A DNA stretch of 64,000 nt from an uncultured Verrucomicrobiae bacterium (GTDB lineage Bacteria; Verrucomicrobiota; Verrucomicrobiia; Limisphaerales; JAFGQR01): contig CAWBHS010000049.1 of assembly GCA_963788655.1 (NCBI GenBank), forward strand, positions 64,001 to 128,000, read 5' to 3'. The translations under genes were made by a program, and so were the position numbers. The notes beneath the pieces are model-generated. The model saw only the letters and a program-made list of their open reading frames with translations. It was not told the DNA's origin and ran no database searches. Shown piece after piece: positions 32,100-41,980 of the stretch. Numbering within the stretch: the stretch's first letter is position 1; every line of letters begins with the position of its first letter.

Positions 32100-32448
32100 A
32101 TGAAATTGCCCAATGCGAACCTCGCGCTGGTCGAGCGGGAGAAAATTGTGAATTATTTGCTGAACGCTTCCCATCGGTACGGTTCCAGCAAAGCGCGGTT
32201 CTTTGCCGGTTACGGATTCCGGGTAGAGGAGTGGGCGGTGCTGGCCGAGGCACTGCGGCGGCATGGTCAAGACCACGAGGTGAGCAAGGTAACCTGAAAC
32301 CGCGTTCGGGCCACGTTATCAAGTGGAAGGCGAAATCAATGCCCCCAATGGCCGCCGTCTTCGCCTTTGCACGGTCTGGCAACTGGACGAAGGGCAGGTT
32401 GCGCCGCGACTCATTACCGCCTATCCTGTGGAGGCAAACTATGATTAA
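32100..32448 (+). CDS. DUF6883-like putative toxin; frameshift near 32294
   Basis: MKLPNANLALVEREKIVNYLLNASH..SKARFF..GF; the alternate frame gives FGPRYQVEG…TVWQLDEGQVAPRLITAYP. Confidence 0.75.
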
Positions 32449-32671
32449 AGAACACGATTGCGTCGTCCTGAAAGTGGACCTGGCCGAGGAAGGATTAAAA
32501 GCCGGGGACATTGGAGCCGTCGTGCATATCCACGCGGACGGCGCCGGCTACGAAGTCGAGTTCATGACCCTGGCCGGGGAACCCCTGGCCGTCGTTACGC
32601 TGTTGCCATCGCAATTACGTTCCATCGCCCGAAGAGACGTAGCCCATGTGCGGGAACGGGCCATCGCCTGA
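32441..32671 (+). CDS. DUF4926 domain protein (partner of DUF6883)
   Basis: MIKEHDCVVLKVDLAEEGLKAGDIGAVVH…YEVEF. Confidence 0.85.
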   Translation: MIKEHDCVVLKVDLAEEGLKAGDIGAVVHIHADGAGYEVEFMTLAGEPLAVVTLLPSQLRSIARRDVAHVRERAIA

Positions 32672-32739
32672 ATTGCGGGCATACTGGAATATTCTGATAA
32701 TCAAAGCCGCCGGACACACCTCGTCCCCCCTCCCCCTGG

Positions 32740-32915
32740 CTGCCGACGCAAAGGGGATACGGGAAGAGCGCGCATCGCCCGACGTTTGCGGCCCGAGACC
32801 ACGATGAGTTTGGATTGAGTCGCGAACCGTCTGTGGATGGGTCGCATAAGCATGGTGAGGCACCGCCAGCGGTCGCATAAACGAAGAATGCAAAACTGCA
32901 AATTGTCCTGACTGA
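32740..32915 (+). mobile_element. 3' remnant of a RAYT-type transposase
   Basis: Translates RKGDTGRARIARRLRPETTMSLD*VANRLWMG, resembling a RAYT C-terminal HTH. Confidence 0.55.
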
Positions 32916-32924
32916 CAAATTCTC

Positions 32925-33152
32925 GTTTTCGCCTCCCCCTTGGCTCGTCGAAATAGTGCCGCATCGCCCCAAGGTCGCCAGGAACTGTCGCCGATCCTAG
33001 TCCTCGCGCAAGATTGGTTCCCGTCGATCGCCCCGACCTGATCGGGACTTCAGTCCAGGCTCAGGAAATGATACATCGCTCACCGATACTCCACTCTGAG
33101 CCTGCGCGTCATGCCGGCCAACCTGCCTATCATTATCAAGAATACCGTTTAC
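32925..33152 (-). mobile_element. RAYT-derived MITE-like remnant, copy A
   Basis: Degenerate MTRRLRVEYR*AMYHFL..RGDRREPILRED*DRRQFLATLG; homologous to 33925-34175, 38495-38656 and 40090-40263. Confidence 0.75.
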
Positions 33153-33175
33153 GGGCGACGCTGAAGAAAAGAAGT

Positions 33176-33555
33176 TCAGGAAAGCACGGCCACGCCATAT
33201 TTCTCGAACTGTTCGTCGGTCGTCACGACCGTCAAGTCCTGCAGCGTGGCCGCAGCGACAATGAAACGGTCGCAAGGGTCGTCGTGAATGGGCGAAAGTC
33301 CGGCCGCCGCAATGCACACATCCAATTCAAGCGGCAGAACGGTCAGCCCATGATGCTCGACCGCTTTCTTCAAACCACTCCTGCGGCGGGCTGCGGCAGC
33401 TTCAATTTTCCTCTGGTGGCCTTGATAGCGATTTCAAAACCGCTGATGGCGGAAACATAAACCGCCGGAGCGGCGTTGATTTCTTTCAACGCGGAGCGGC
33501 TCAGTTTCTTATTGCCGCTGGCGAGCCAGAGCAGGGCGCAGGTGTCCAGAATCAT
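33176..33555 (-). CDS. PIN-domain (VapC-like) toxin; frameshift near 33375
   Basis: MILDTCALLW, VSAISGFEIAIK, HDDPCDRFIVAAA, VTTD. Confidence 0.87.
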
Positions 33556-33784
33556 CGCGCCGCCTCCGGCCATTCATCCTGGCCAGCGGCTCCACCGGAT
33601 CATACCCGATTTTGATTTGTCCGAGCACGGGATGCGGTTTGATCCGGCTCGCTCGGTGGTGCGGCACAAGATCAGCGACCGGCTCCCCGTTGCGGCAGAT
33701 GACGATGGTTTCGCTGTCCGCTTCCAGTTTGGCCAGCAGGCTGGAAAAATTGGTTTTCGCTTCGTGAACATTTACCGTCTTCAT
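33552..33784 (-). CDS. Antitoxin, Phd/YefM family; frameshift near its 3' end
   Basis: MKTVNVHEAKTNFSSLL…ICRNGEPVADLVP. Confidence 0.88.
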
Positions 33785-33849
33785 GCCGGACCATGTTAGT
33801 CCAGTTAGTCCATCATTACAACAAAGGCTCGGCCTTGATCGGCGCAGTG

Positions 33850-34180
33850 TCCGTCACGGTCACGGTCGTGGGAATTACCGTCATCGCCGTCTCTGACCGC
33901 ATTCGTCCGGCCACCGCCACTTCCATCGCCTCCCCCTTCTTGGCTCGCTGAAATAGTAACACGTCACCCCAGCGTCGCCAGGAACTACCGCCGGTCCTCG
34001 GCATCGCGCAAGATCGGTTCCCATCGAGTGCCCCGACCTGCTCGCGACTTCAGTCGGAGTTCATGAGATGATAAATCGCTCTTGGATACTCCCCTTTGAA
34101 CTTGCGCGCCATGCCGCCCACCCTGCCAAAACCTCACCAAACGATCAATTTCAAGAACGGACGCGTTTAAACCAGTTTAC
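33850..34180 (-). mobile_element. RAYT-derived MITE-like remnant, copy B (N-terminus fused to C-terminus, catalytic core deleted)
   Basis: MARKFKGEYPRAIYHLMN..RGTRWEPI…FLATLG joined to KKGEAMEVAVAGRMRSETAMTV. Confidence 0.75.
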
Positions 34181-34203
34181 AGTGAAGCAGTGATCGAGGT
34201 CAC

Positions 34204-34650
34204 GGAAGATCATCGCCTTCATCGAACGCCACCAGGCCGAGGTGATCCGCCGACGCCAAGGCTACGGCGGGACAGGTTGAGAAGATTTCGCGGCACTACC
34301 GATTGTGGGAGGAAAGCCCGGCCCGCCGTCCGCCAGCGTCTGCTGAACGGTCAAGCCTGAGCGAGCCGGGAAAGGGATTTCCCACGACTCAGAAGGGCGG
34401 CGCCGAAGGATCCGGCGGCACGGCCCACTGCTCGCGGCGCGGTCCATTCCAGCGCCCGTCAACTCGTTCGCTGGGCTGGGAGAGGCGGCGGCGGCCCTGG
34501 GTGCCCAGTGAGCGGGCGCCCAAGGCCCCCGCCTCTTTGGGAAATCTCTGCCCCAATTCCGCCGATTTTTGACTTGCCCAACCCTTCTGGCTGAGGCAGG
34601 GTCCAATCATTCAAAAAAGCAAATTCCTATGAGTTGCCATCTATCAGTTC
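34204..34650 (+). mobile_element. IS91-like remnant (C-terminal fragment plus oriIS-like end)
   Basis: KIIAFIERHQAEVI fragment; TCAAAAAAGCAAATTCCTAT at 34611-34630 matches the end of the IS91-like element at 44683-44711. Confidence 0.6.
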
Positions 34651-34799
34651 GAAGCAGCCCCCGGCAACCTCGACGCGGCTCGCTCCCACCTCGATGTCAG
34701 CTTTGCGATGGACAAAAAAACTCCGCGACTACGCCATGACAAACCCCGACCTCGACGTTATCCGTCCCGGCGACGTGATCTGCTGAATCCGGCACCCAC

Positions 34800-35036
34800 C
34801 TCTTCGCCACCGAACAAAGCCGCCCCATCACTGGCGACACCACCCGTGCTCCGCTCGAATGGCCCGGCTCTGACCTCGCCACCCTCGCCACTTTCGCCGG
34901 ACGCCCCCTCCGCATCCGCTTCCACCTCGAACGCGGCAGCCTCTACGCCTTCTGGGTCTCGCAGAAAAGCGACGGCACCAGCCGCGGCCACACCGCCGCC
35001 GGAGGCCCCGGCCTCCCCGGCCCCCTCGATGAATAA
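34800..35036 (+). pseudogene. 3' fragment of a glycoside-hydrolase-like gene
   Basis: RPITGDTT..LEWPG..AGRPLRIRFHLERGSLYAFWVS..SRGHTAAGGPG, with no N-terminus. Confidence 0.55.
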
Positions 35037-35083
35037 GGGAGTTGAGAGAACCACGACCGCCACACGCTCACCATGACCGACAT

Positions 35084-35121
35084 TGAACCGCGCAGCGTCC
35101 AGAAAGCAATTTCTATCAGTT
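35084..35121 (+). repeat. oriIS-like site (IS91 family)
   Basis: TGAACCGCGCAGCGTCCAGAAAGCAATTTCTATCAGTT resembles the reverse complement of 44683-44721. Confidence 0.65.
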
Positions 35122-35153
35122 CCTGGCGGGCATCGAAAGCAAAGGAGTAGCCC

Positions 35154-37426
35154 ATGATCGTCTGCAGCTATCACCTTGTCCAGCATTGCTCGTCGCGCAT
35201 TCTTCCCATCCTTGCGTTGGCTTGCCTGGTCGCCATGGCGAGTCAACTTCCGGGCGGCGAAGGAACTGCCGGTGAGTGGCCCGCAAAGGAACAGGCAGAC
35301 CTTCGGTCCCTGCACGGCCATGCGTCCGCGCTCAAGGTCGAAGCCCTGTGTGAACCGGTCAACTCGGTGATGAGCGGTGACCATATCCTGGTTCCCAATC
35401 CGGATGGCAAGACTTACGATCTGCTCAAGTTCTATTGGAAGAGATATGGCGGGCCCAACACCATCGTCAGCATGGATTGGGCACCGGCAAAGTGAAGGCC
35501 GTGGATACGGGAAGAGACTACTGCAACTTCCACCTGGCTCCCCAGGTGCTCGCGCGCAATGGCAAACTGTACCTCTCGATTCTCGGCGACCAAGTGCAGC
35601 AGCGGATCTGCGTGTATGATCCTGCGACCGATGAATTCAAGGTGGACGGGGTCAAGATGCCCGCGGAGATCCTGGGGGAGACGCACCCGATGGTATTGGG
35701 CCCGGATGGCATGATCTACTGCAGCGGCACGCACTGTTCGCGCAGCGTGACCGCCCTTCGCATCGATCCGGCCACGGATACGGTGGCGGAATTCTATGGT
35801 CCCTTGGGGCCCAGCCACGCGCCTTCCCCGTGCTGGGCCTACAGCATGGCCGTGGGCGACACCCACCTATACATCGCGAGTGGCAAGACGCCCTGGTGGC
35901 TGGTGGCATACGACCGCAACGCCAAGCAGGCGAAGGTGCTTCTGCAGAACGAGGATCCTGCGGGATATCTCGGTGTCAATCAGAACACCGGCGGTGGCAG
36001 TTGCTTTGTCAGAACCACCCAGGCGGGGGGCGGATTCACGGATGAGCGTTACTGGTTGTATCACGGCAAGGCGATCTCCATGACTGGCGACAAGCCGGTC
36101 CCGCCATGGCCCAAAGTCTCAGCGCCACCGGAGCAGCCGCCCCTTCCCGAGTTGTACTTTGTGGGCGCGGACCCTGACGTCAACGGTCAAGCAGTGATCT
36201 GGTGCCGCACTCCCGAGGACAAGGCCACGGCGGAAGCGGCCGCAGCAGCCAATCCTGCCTCAACCCCATCCGCTCCGCTTCCGTCTGCCGAAGAGGGGCA
36301 GCCGCCGGCTCTCCCGACCGATGCGGAGATGATGGCCGCTGGCTGGAAGGCCTTCCGCTTCAAGGTCGGGATGTATCCCTTGCGCATTGATCGTCTGGTG
36401 GAGATCCCGGATGGTCGCCTTTTGGGGACGGCTGGGGATTACCAGGGTAATTTCTACTATAATCCCAAGACCGGCAAGGCCGAGCATCCGGGCAAATGCG
36501 GCCTGAGCCATTACGCCACCGCCATTCTCGACGGCATGGTTTACATGAGTGGTTATCCCAGTGGCGTGCTGTATGAGCTGGATCCCGCCCGCCCCTGGAC
36601 CGCCAACAAGCGCCTCGATGCCACCCGGATCATCCGCGAAACCGATTCGGAAAGCAATCCGCGCCGCCTTACCTACCTGAAAAGTTCCGGCGCGAAAAAG
36701 ATGATGGCCGCAGCCGCGATCCCCGGGCGCGTTTACTTCGGCGGCATCTGGATGCGCGAGGGCAATTGGGGAGGACTGGGCTGGTGGGATGTCGCGACCG
36801 GCACCGAGGGCGGACTTTGGGAGCCATTTCGCAACCACCAGATCCGCTATATGGCCGCGGCGGACAAAGGTCGGGTGCTGGTCCTTTCTACCCTCCCGGT
36901 GGACAACGCGAGGACCGGGGAGAAGAAGGCGGAATCGGCCCCATTGTTCTTCTTCGACACCACTACCGATGCCCTGCTCGACGAGACGCTCATCCCGGTC
37001 CCGAAGGCACGCTGTACCGGCCCCGTGCTGGCCGTGGGCGGCAACCGGGTTATGGGCTGGACCGAGAACCCGGACGATCCCAAGGGATCGAGCATCCTTT
37101 ACGGCGTGGACGCGACGGCGCGCAAGCTCCTCTTCGCGAAGAAGCTTCCCTTCGCAATGCCCATGGATGTGGGCGGGTACCAGACAGATCCCTGGGATTT
37201 CCGACTGGGACCTGACGGCAAGGTCTGGACTTTCATCGAATACAGGTTGACGCGGATCGATCCCGCGGACGCCTCGCTCGAATTCCTGGGCTTCATCGAG
37301 CCCGGGGGTAGGATGGCGTTCGCCGGAGAGGACCTTTACCTCGGTGGCAAGGAAACGTTGCGTTACGTCCGGGGTCTGCTCGCTCCCGCCCAGGCTCCGA
37401 GAGCAACTCCGGAGCCTACCTACTGA
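35154..37426 (+). CDS. Secreted beta-propeller-like hypothetical protein; frameshift near 35478
   Basis: Hydrophobic N-terminus and repeated YDPAT/IDPAT/LGPDG/PDG strands; joins ORFs 35154-35495 and 35435-37426. Confidence 0.65.
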
Positions 37427-37544
37427 CCATCAATCGCCAGCTCGCGTACAATGCCGAAGAGTTTCCTGACGGGCAACATTGGCCGCGCCGGCGGCACCGG
37501 AGATTCCGTTCCTGGACCAGAGCGGCGATTATCTCACGGGGTGC

Positions 37545-37688
37545 TCTTTTCGAAACGGCCCGTGGCGACCCTTGGCCCCAGTCCTTGCCATCCGGGCTGA
37601 CGTAAAACTCGTAGTCACCGATGACGCCTTTCTCGTGGCGTCCGTCCTGCCGGGGCAGGTAGGCGAAGCCGGTGATTTCGGCGTCCTC
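37545..37688 (-). pseudogene. Duplicated fragment of the F5/8 type C domain at 46640-46780
   Basis: EITGFAYLPRQDGRH.KGVIGDYEFYVS.DG.DWGQ occurs in both places. Confidence 0.8.
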
Positions 37689-37689
37689 C

Positions 37690-37830
37690 CCCATAATGGG
37701 GTCAAACAGGTGACAGTTTTCCCTTGAGTGAGTCGGCTGCGTGGCAGGGCCAGAAAACCTCGGAGCGAATACGCCGGAGCGATTTATCATTTCATGAATC
37801 AGGGTGATCTGCAGGAGCCGATCTACGTAA
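37690..37830 (+). mobile_element. RAYT 5' remnant, copy C
   Basis: ARKPRSEYAGAIYHFMNQGDLQEPIY preceded by a GGGGTCAAACAGGTGACA terminus. Confidence 0.65.
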
Positions 37831-37843
37831 CTTGCGAAATGGC

Positions 37844-38248
37844 TCACGCACGAGCCGTTCGCCACAGCAGCGGCACCCCGCCCCACTGACGGATTCGCGT
37901 GTCATCGGAGATCAGCCGCAAGCCATGCACCAATGCGGTGGCGACAATCAACTGATCGGCCGGGTCCTTGTGAAAGCCTGAACTCTCCAAGGCCGTCACC
38001 CGCTCGGCAATGGCAGGCGTCACCGGCAGCACGGTCAGTTCTTGCGTGATGGCCAGCCGGAAAAACTCGGCCAGCGGGACGGATAATTGAAGTCGCCCCA
38101 GTTCCACCAACTTGGCGGCTTCCCAAAGCGAGATGTCGGCCAGAGCGAGCGTCGCCGCGTGGCGCGTCAGCGTTTGCTTCACCAGCGGCGGCAATGGCTC
38201 GTCCAGCGCCCGCTGAATCCAAACGTGCGTGTCCAGCAGATGGGTCAT
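37844..38248 (-). CDS. PIN-domain (VapC-like) toxin
   Basis: LLDTHVWI, ISLWEAAKL, HKDPADQLIVATA, LISDD. Confidence 0.9.
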   Translation of the reverse strand: MTHLLDTHVWIQRALDEPLPPLVKQTLTRHAATLALADISLWEAAKLVELGRLQLSVPLAEFFRLAITQELTVLPVTPAIAERVTALESSGFHKDPADQLIVATALVHGLRLISDDTRIRQWGGVPLLWRTARA

Positions 38249-38454
38249 CGCGTCGTCTCCCAGTCCAGCCCGGTGCAAAAAAGATCGCCCGTAATCTTCG
38301 CCTTGCCTTTCAGGGCGCCCTGCCAGGTTTTGGGTTTGATGGCTTGGAAGGTGAAGTGTTGGCCCTCGGAGACGATATGCACCGTTTCCCCCGCGGCGGC
38401 CTTGGCTTTCATGCGGGCAAAGTCGCGTTGAAAATCGCGTGAAGTCACTTTCAT
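38245..38454 (-). CDS. Antitoxin (Phd-like)
   Basis: MKVTSRDFQRDFARMKAKAAAGETVHI; ATGA overlap with the PIN gene. Confidence 0.75.
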   Translation of the reverse strand: MKVTSRDFQRDFARMKAKAAAGETVHIVSEGQHFTFQAIKPKTWQGALKGKAKITGDLFCTGLDWETTR

Positions 38455-38494
38455 GTCCGTCACTATGTCAGACAAGATCTCGATCGTCAACAAT

Positions 38495-38656
38495 TTCAGG
38501 ATTGGTTCCCGTCGATCGCCCCGACCTGCTCGCGACTTCAGTCGGAGTTCATGAATAAAGAAATCGCTGCCAGATACTCCCCTCTGAGCTTGGGCACCAT
38601 GCCGCCACCCCCTGCCAAAACCTCCCCAACCTATCATTATCAAGACCCGTTTACGT
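38495..38656 (-). mobile_element. RAYT-derived MITE-like remnant, copy D
   Basis: MVPKLRGEYLAAISLFMN..RGDRREPIL; terminus CTATCATTATCAAGACCCGTTTACG. Confidence 0.75.
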
Positions 38657-39113
38657 TATCCCTTCCCGTCAAATGCTGCACATCGTCGAGGTCTTTTAGC
38701 CGGCCGCTTTTGATTTTGTTCCGAATGAGGTCGGACCGGCTGATGAGGTTTACTGGAATATCGTCAATGGTGGCCTGCGTCCGGCGGGCATAACACTCGG
38801 CGAATTCGCAAGCGGAGATCTCGGTCAGAATTTCGATCCGCGTAGGTTCCAAGCCCATGCGAATGATTTGTCCCTTCTGCAAAAAGAGATCCTCGGATAA
38901 TTCGGGCACGTTAAAACCGAATTCCTTGATCAAAGTGGCCATCTTTCTCGCATTCTCTGAATGAACGGCGATCCAGATGTCGAGGTCATTGGTGTTCCGG
39001 TAATACCCGTGGTAACAGACCGCGTAACCGCCGATCAACAGGTAATCAACGCGGTGTGAATTCAACAACTTCAAAAAATCTTGAAAGTCGGCGGGCAGTC
39101 GGGTCGTAGCCAT
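38640..39113 (-). CDS. Nucleotidyltransferase-fold protein (DUF6036/MNT-like)
   Basis: YLLIGGYAVCYHGY.RNTNDLDIWI; NKIKSGRLKDLDD. Confidence 0.82.
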   Translation of the reverse strand: MATTRLPADFQDFLKLLNSHRVDYLLIGGYAVCYHGYYRNTNDLDIWIAVHSENARKMATLIKEFGFNVPELSEDLFLQKGQIIRMGLEPTRIEILTEISACEFAECYARRTQATIDDIPVNLISRSDLIRNKIKSGRLKDLDDVQHLTGRDNVNGS

Positions 39114-39267
39114 AAGCAATTTGTCGGCTCAATTCCAAAGCAGCCAAACGTTCGTCGGGCGTGCGAGAACGCCGATATTCCCGGTCCGCCTGCTCCGCCT
39201 CCGCCAGCGTGGTCACGGAGAACGCGGTCCGATCCACCCGAGCTTGATCCAGCAACGTATCTGCCAT
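39046..39267 (-). CDS. Small partner protein upstream of the nucleotidyltransferase
   Basis: RVDRTAFSV…YRRSRTPDERLAALELSRQIAYGYD…RLSRFFEVV; coupled to the NTase gene. Confidence 0.7.
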   Translation of the reverse strand: MADTLLDQARVDRTAFSVTTLAEAEQADREYRRSRTPDERLAALELSRQIAYGYDPTARRLSRFFEVVEFTPR

Positions 39268-39394
39268 GAAGGCAGCTTAACCAAAAGGGGGAGAGCAAAG
39301 CAAGGATCACATGACGGTTCGCAAACACACCGCCCGATGGTCAGCTTGCCATTGCCCGCTTGCCAGCGTGGGCCGGACGCGTCATCTTATGTCC

Positions 39395-39637
39395 ATGAAA
39401 ACAGCCAGTGTGCAGCAGGTGCCGCAGCGATGGACGGAAATCCTGGAATGGGTGGCCGCCGGTGAAGAAGTCGCCGTCACGCAGCAGGACCAGGTGGTGG
39501 CGAGGCTCGTGCCCGCTTCGTCCACACCCGCCACTCAACCGGATTTTCTGGCTCGCGCCAAGGCCATCTGGGGTGAGGAACCGTCGGGCAAACCGTTAAG
39601 CGAGTTGGTGACGGAAGCGCGCGGAGGCGAAGCGTGA
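39395..39637 (+). CDS. Antitoxin, Phd/YefM family
   Basis: MKTASVQ…WVAAGEEVAVTQQDQVVARLVP…KPLSELVTEARG. Confidence 0.85.
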   Translation: MKTASVQQVPQRWTEILEWVAAGEEVAVTQQDQVVARLVPASSTPATQPDFLARAKAIWGEEPSGKPLSELVTEARGGEA

Positions 39638-40062
39638 CCTATCTCGACACCGGTTGTTTTGTCAAACTCTACTACCCCGAACCGGACAGTGCTCAGGTGA
39701 TTGCTGCCATCCAGGGAAAGCCGGTCTGCTTCACGCCACTCCATTAACTGGAATTTGTGAACGGGTTGCAACTGAAACGGTTCTTCCAGGGAGCAACGGC
39801 GACCCAAGTAGCGGCGGCCCGGGCGCTGGTGGAAGGTGACTTGAAGGCTGGCGTGCTCGTGCCGGTTGGCGGAAATTGGAATGGCATCTTCCAAGAGGCC
39901 GTGACATTGGCGGAACAGCACACTGACATGCTGGGTTGCCGGTCGCTCGACATCCTGCATTGCGCCGCGGCGAAAATGCTGGCGGTGAGTGAGTTCATCA
40001 GCACGGACATCCGGCAAAAGAAACTGGCCGTGGCCATGGGGTTGAACCTGGTGACGATTTGA
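39634..40062 (+). pseudogene. PIN-domain toxin with in-frame TAA at 39745
   Basis: YLDTGCFVKLYYPE…PLH*LEFVNGL…CRSLDILHCAAA…ISTD. Confidence 0.85.
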
Positions 40063-40089
40063 GAACGGCTCACCGAAATGTTCCGCTTC

Positions 40090-40263
40090 CCCCCAACGTC
40101 GCAATAAACCGCTGCCGATCCTCGTCATCGCGAAAGATCGGCTCCCGCCGGTCCCCTCGATTCATGAAATGATACATCGCTCCGAGATACTCCACTCTGA
40201 GCTTGCGCGCCATACCGCCTACCCTGCCAAAACCTTCCGCAACCTGTCAATATCAAGAACTGA
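40090..40263 (-). mobile_element. RAYT-derived remnant, copy E; its terminus is interrupted by IS110 and resumes at 42147
   Basis: MARKLRVEYLGAMYHFMNRGDRREPIFRDDEDRQRFIATLG. Confidence 0.8.
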
Positions 40264-40585
40264 TAAGCATCTAAAGATGATTGGAAAACGACTTATGATC
40301 GAGAGCGACTTGAGAGGGCGAACGGGGCTTGGTGATGGCGCTGTTCGGGCGGGCCTTGACGCGCCGATTCGCCGAGGCGGGGCGAGTCCGTTACGCGTGG
40401 CGACCGACGGCGACGCGAGCGGGAGGCTCGAACGCTCGTCGCCGTCGCTCGCCCGCCCCGGCGAATCTTCCGGCGCGAGCACGACGGGAATGCACGTGGA
40501 GCCGAGCGGGCCAGGTTTGTTAAGCTCGCGGCGAGCTGAGTGGTTCGCCCCTCAGAAAACAACGCAATGAAACGAATAACGAACC

Positions 40586-41654
40586 ATGAAAGAACCAAAT
40601 AAGACGCGCCGCAAAGCGCGACCGAAACCCGACCTCTATGGCGCCGTGGATCTGCACGGGAACAACGGCCTGTATTGCCTCATCAACCAACACGACGAAC
40701 GGGTGTTTCAACAACGTCTGCCCAACGATTTGCCGACGGTGCTCCAAGCCCTCAAACCGTTCCGCGACCGTTTAGTTCACGGCCTGGCCGTCGAGTCCAC
40801 CTTCAACTGGTATTGGCTGGTGGACGGGCTGGAGGCCCACGGCTACACCCTGCAACTGGTGAACCCCACCAAAGTGCAAACCTACAGTGGCCTCAAGCAG
40901 ACCAACGACAAAACCGACGCCTTCTGGTTGGCGCACCTGCAGCGCTTAGGCGTGCTGCCCACGGGCTACATTTACCCGAAAGCCCAGCGCGGCGCCCGCG
41001 ATCTGTTACGCCGGCGGATGTTCCTGGTGCAACAGCGCACGGCCCACGTGCTGAGTTTTAAGTCGCTGGTCGAACGCGAAACCGGTAATCACATCCCGGC
41101 CAACACCGTCAAGGCGCTGGCGACCGAGGAAGTGAGCCAGTGGGTGAATGGCAACGAAGCGGTGCTAATGGGGCAAACCAACGTGCGCGTCGATCGACTG
41201 TCTGGACGAACAAATTAAGCGCCTGGAACAAGCGGCCCAAGCCCAGCTCAAGCTGCTGCCCGACTACGAACGCCTCCAGCAGATTCCCGGCCTGGGCCCG
41301 ATCCTCAACCGGGTGATCATGCTGGAGACCGGACCGATCACGCGGTTTGCCGGGGCGGGCAATTACGTTTCCTACTGTCGGGGAGTGCGCGCGGAGAAAC
41401 TCTCCAACGACCGTAAGAAAGGCGAGAACAACCGCAAGTGCGGGAACAAGTATCTGGCCTGGGCCTGGATGGAAGCAGCGCATTTTGCGATCCGCTACAG
41501 CCCGGAAATCAAAGCGTGGTATCAACGCAAACTCAAACGCTGCGGCGGCCAGACGGCGATCGCCCTCAAAGCGGTCGCGGCCAAACTGGCCAAAGCGGCT
41601 TATTACCTCCTCAAGAATCAGGAAGATTTCAAGATGCAACAAGTCTTTGGCTAA
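40586..41654 (+). CDS. IS110-family recombinase (DEDD RuvC-like plus Tnp20); frameshift near 41190
   Basis: AVDLHGNN, VESTFNWYWLVD, KQTNDKTDAFWLA, IPGLGPI, SYCRGV..KLSNDRKKG, CGNKYLAWAWMEAA. Confidence 0.92.
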
Positions 41655-41659
41655 GCTTT

Positions 41660-41980
41660 CGGTGGGGGCGGCAAATCCGATAAACGGGTTGGTGCGAAAC
41701 CACCAGAACTGATTGGAGCGCCGCCGCCACCGGATCCATTTAACAGCTCGGGCGAGCTGGCAGTAAACGCTGTTTTGCCCGGCCCAGGAGTCAGCATGGG
41801 TTGAACGCGGGCGGACGGGAAACCGCCCTGGCCGCGAGTCATGGGACTGTGCGCATGAAATGAACCTGGGTTGGTACGAATGATTTTCTGGCTCGGCGCG
41901 AGCGGAGTGGGGCCGGTTCGAGACGCAGGCCGCCAGGCCTGCCGGACCGGACTAGAACCAGATGGATGACTGGACAAAAC
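41660..41980 (+). ncRNA. Predicted bridge/seek RNA of the IS110 element
   Basis: An internal loop carries TAAACGGGT (41681) and AGAACTGA (41705), matching both sides of the insertion site. ATGGATGA (41962) matches the element right end. Confidence 0.75.
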
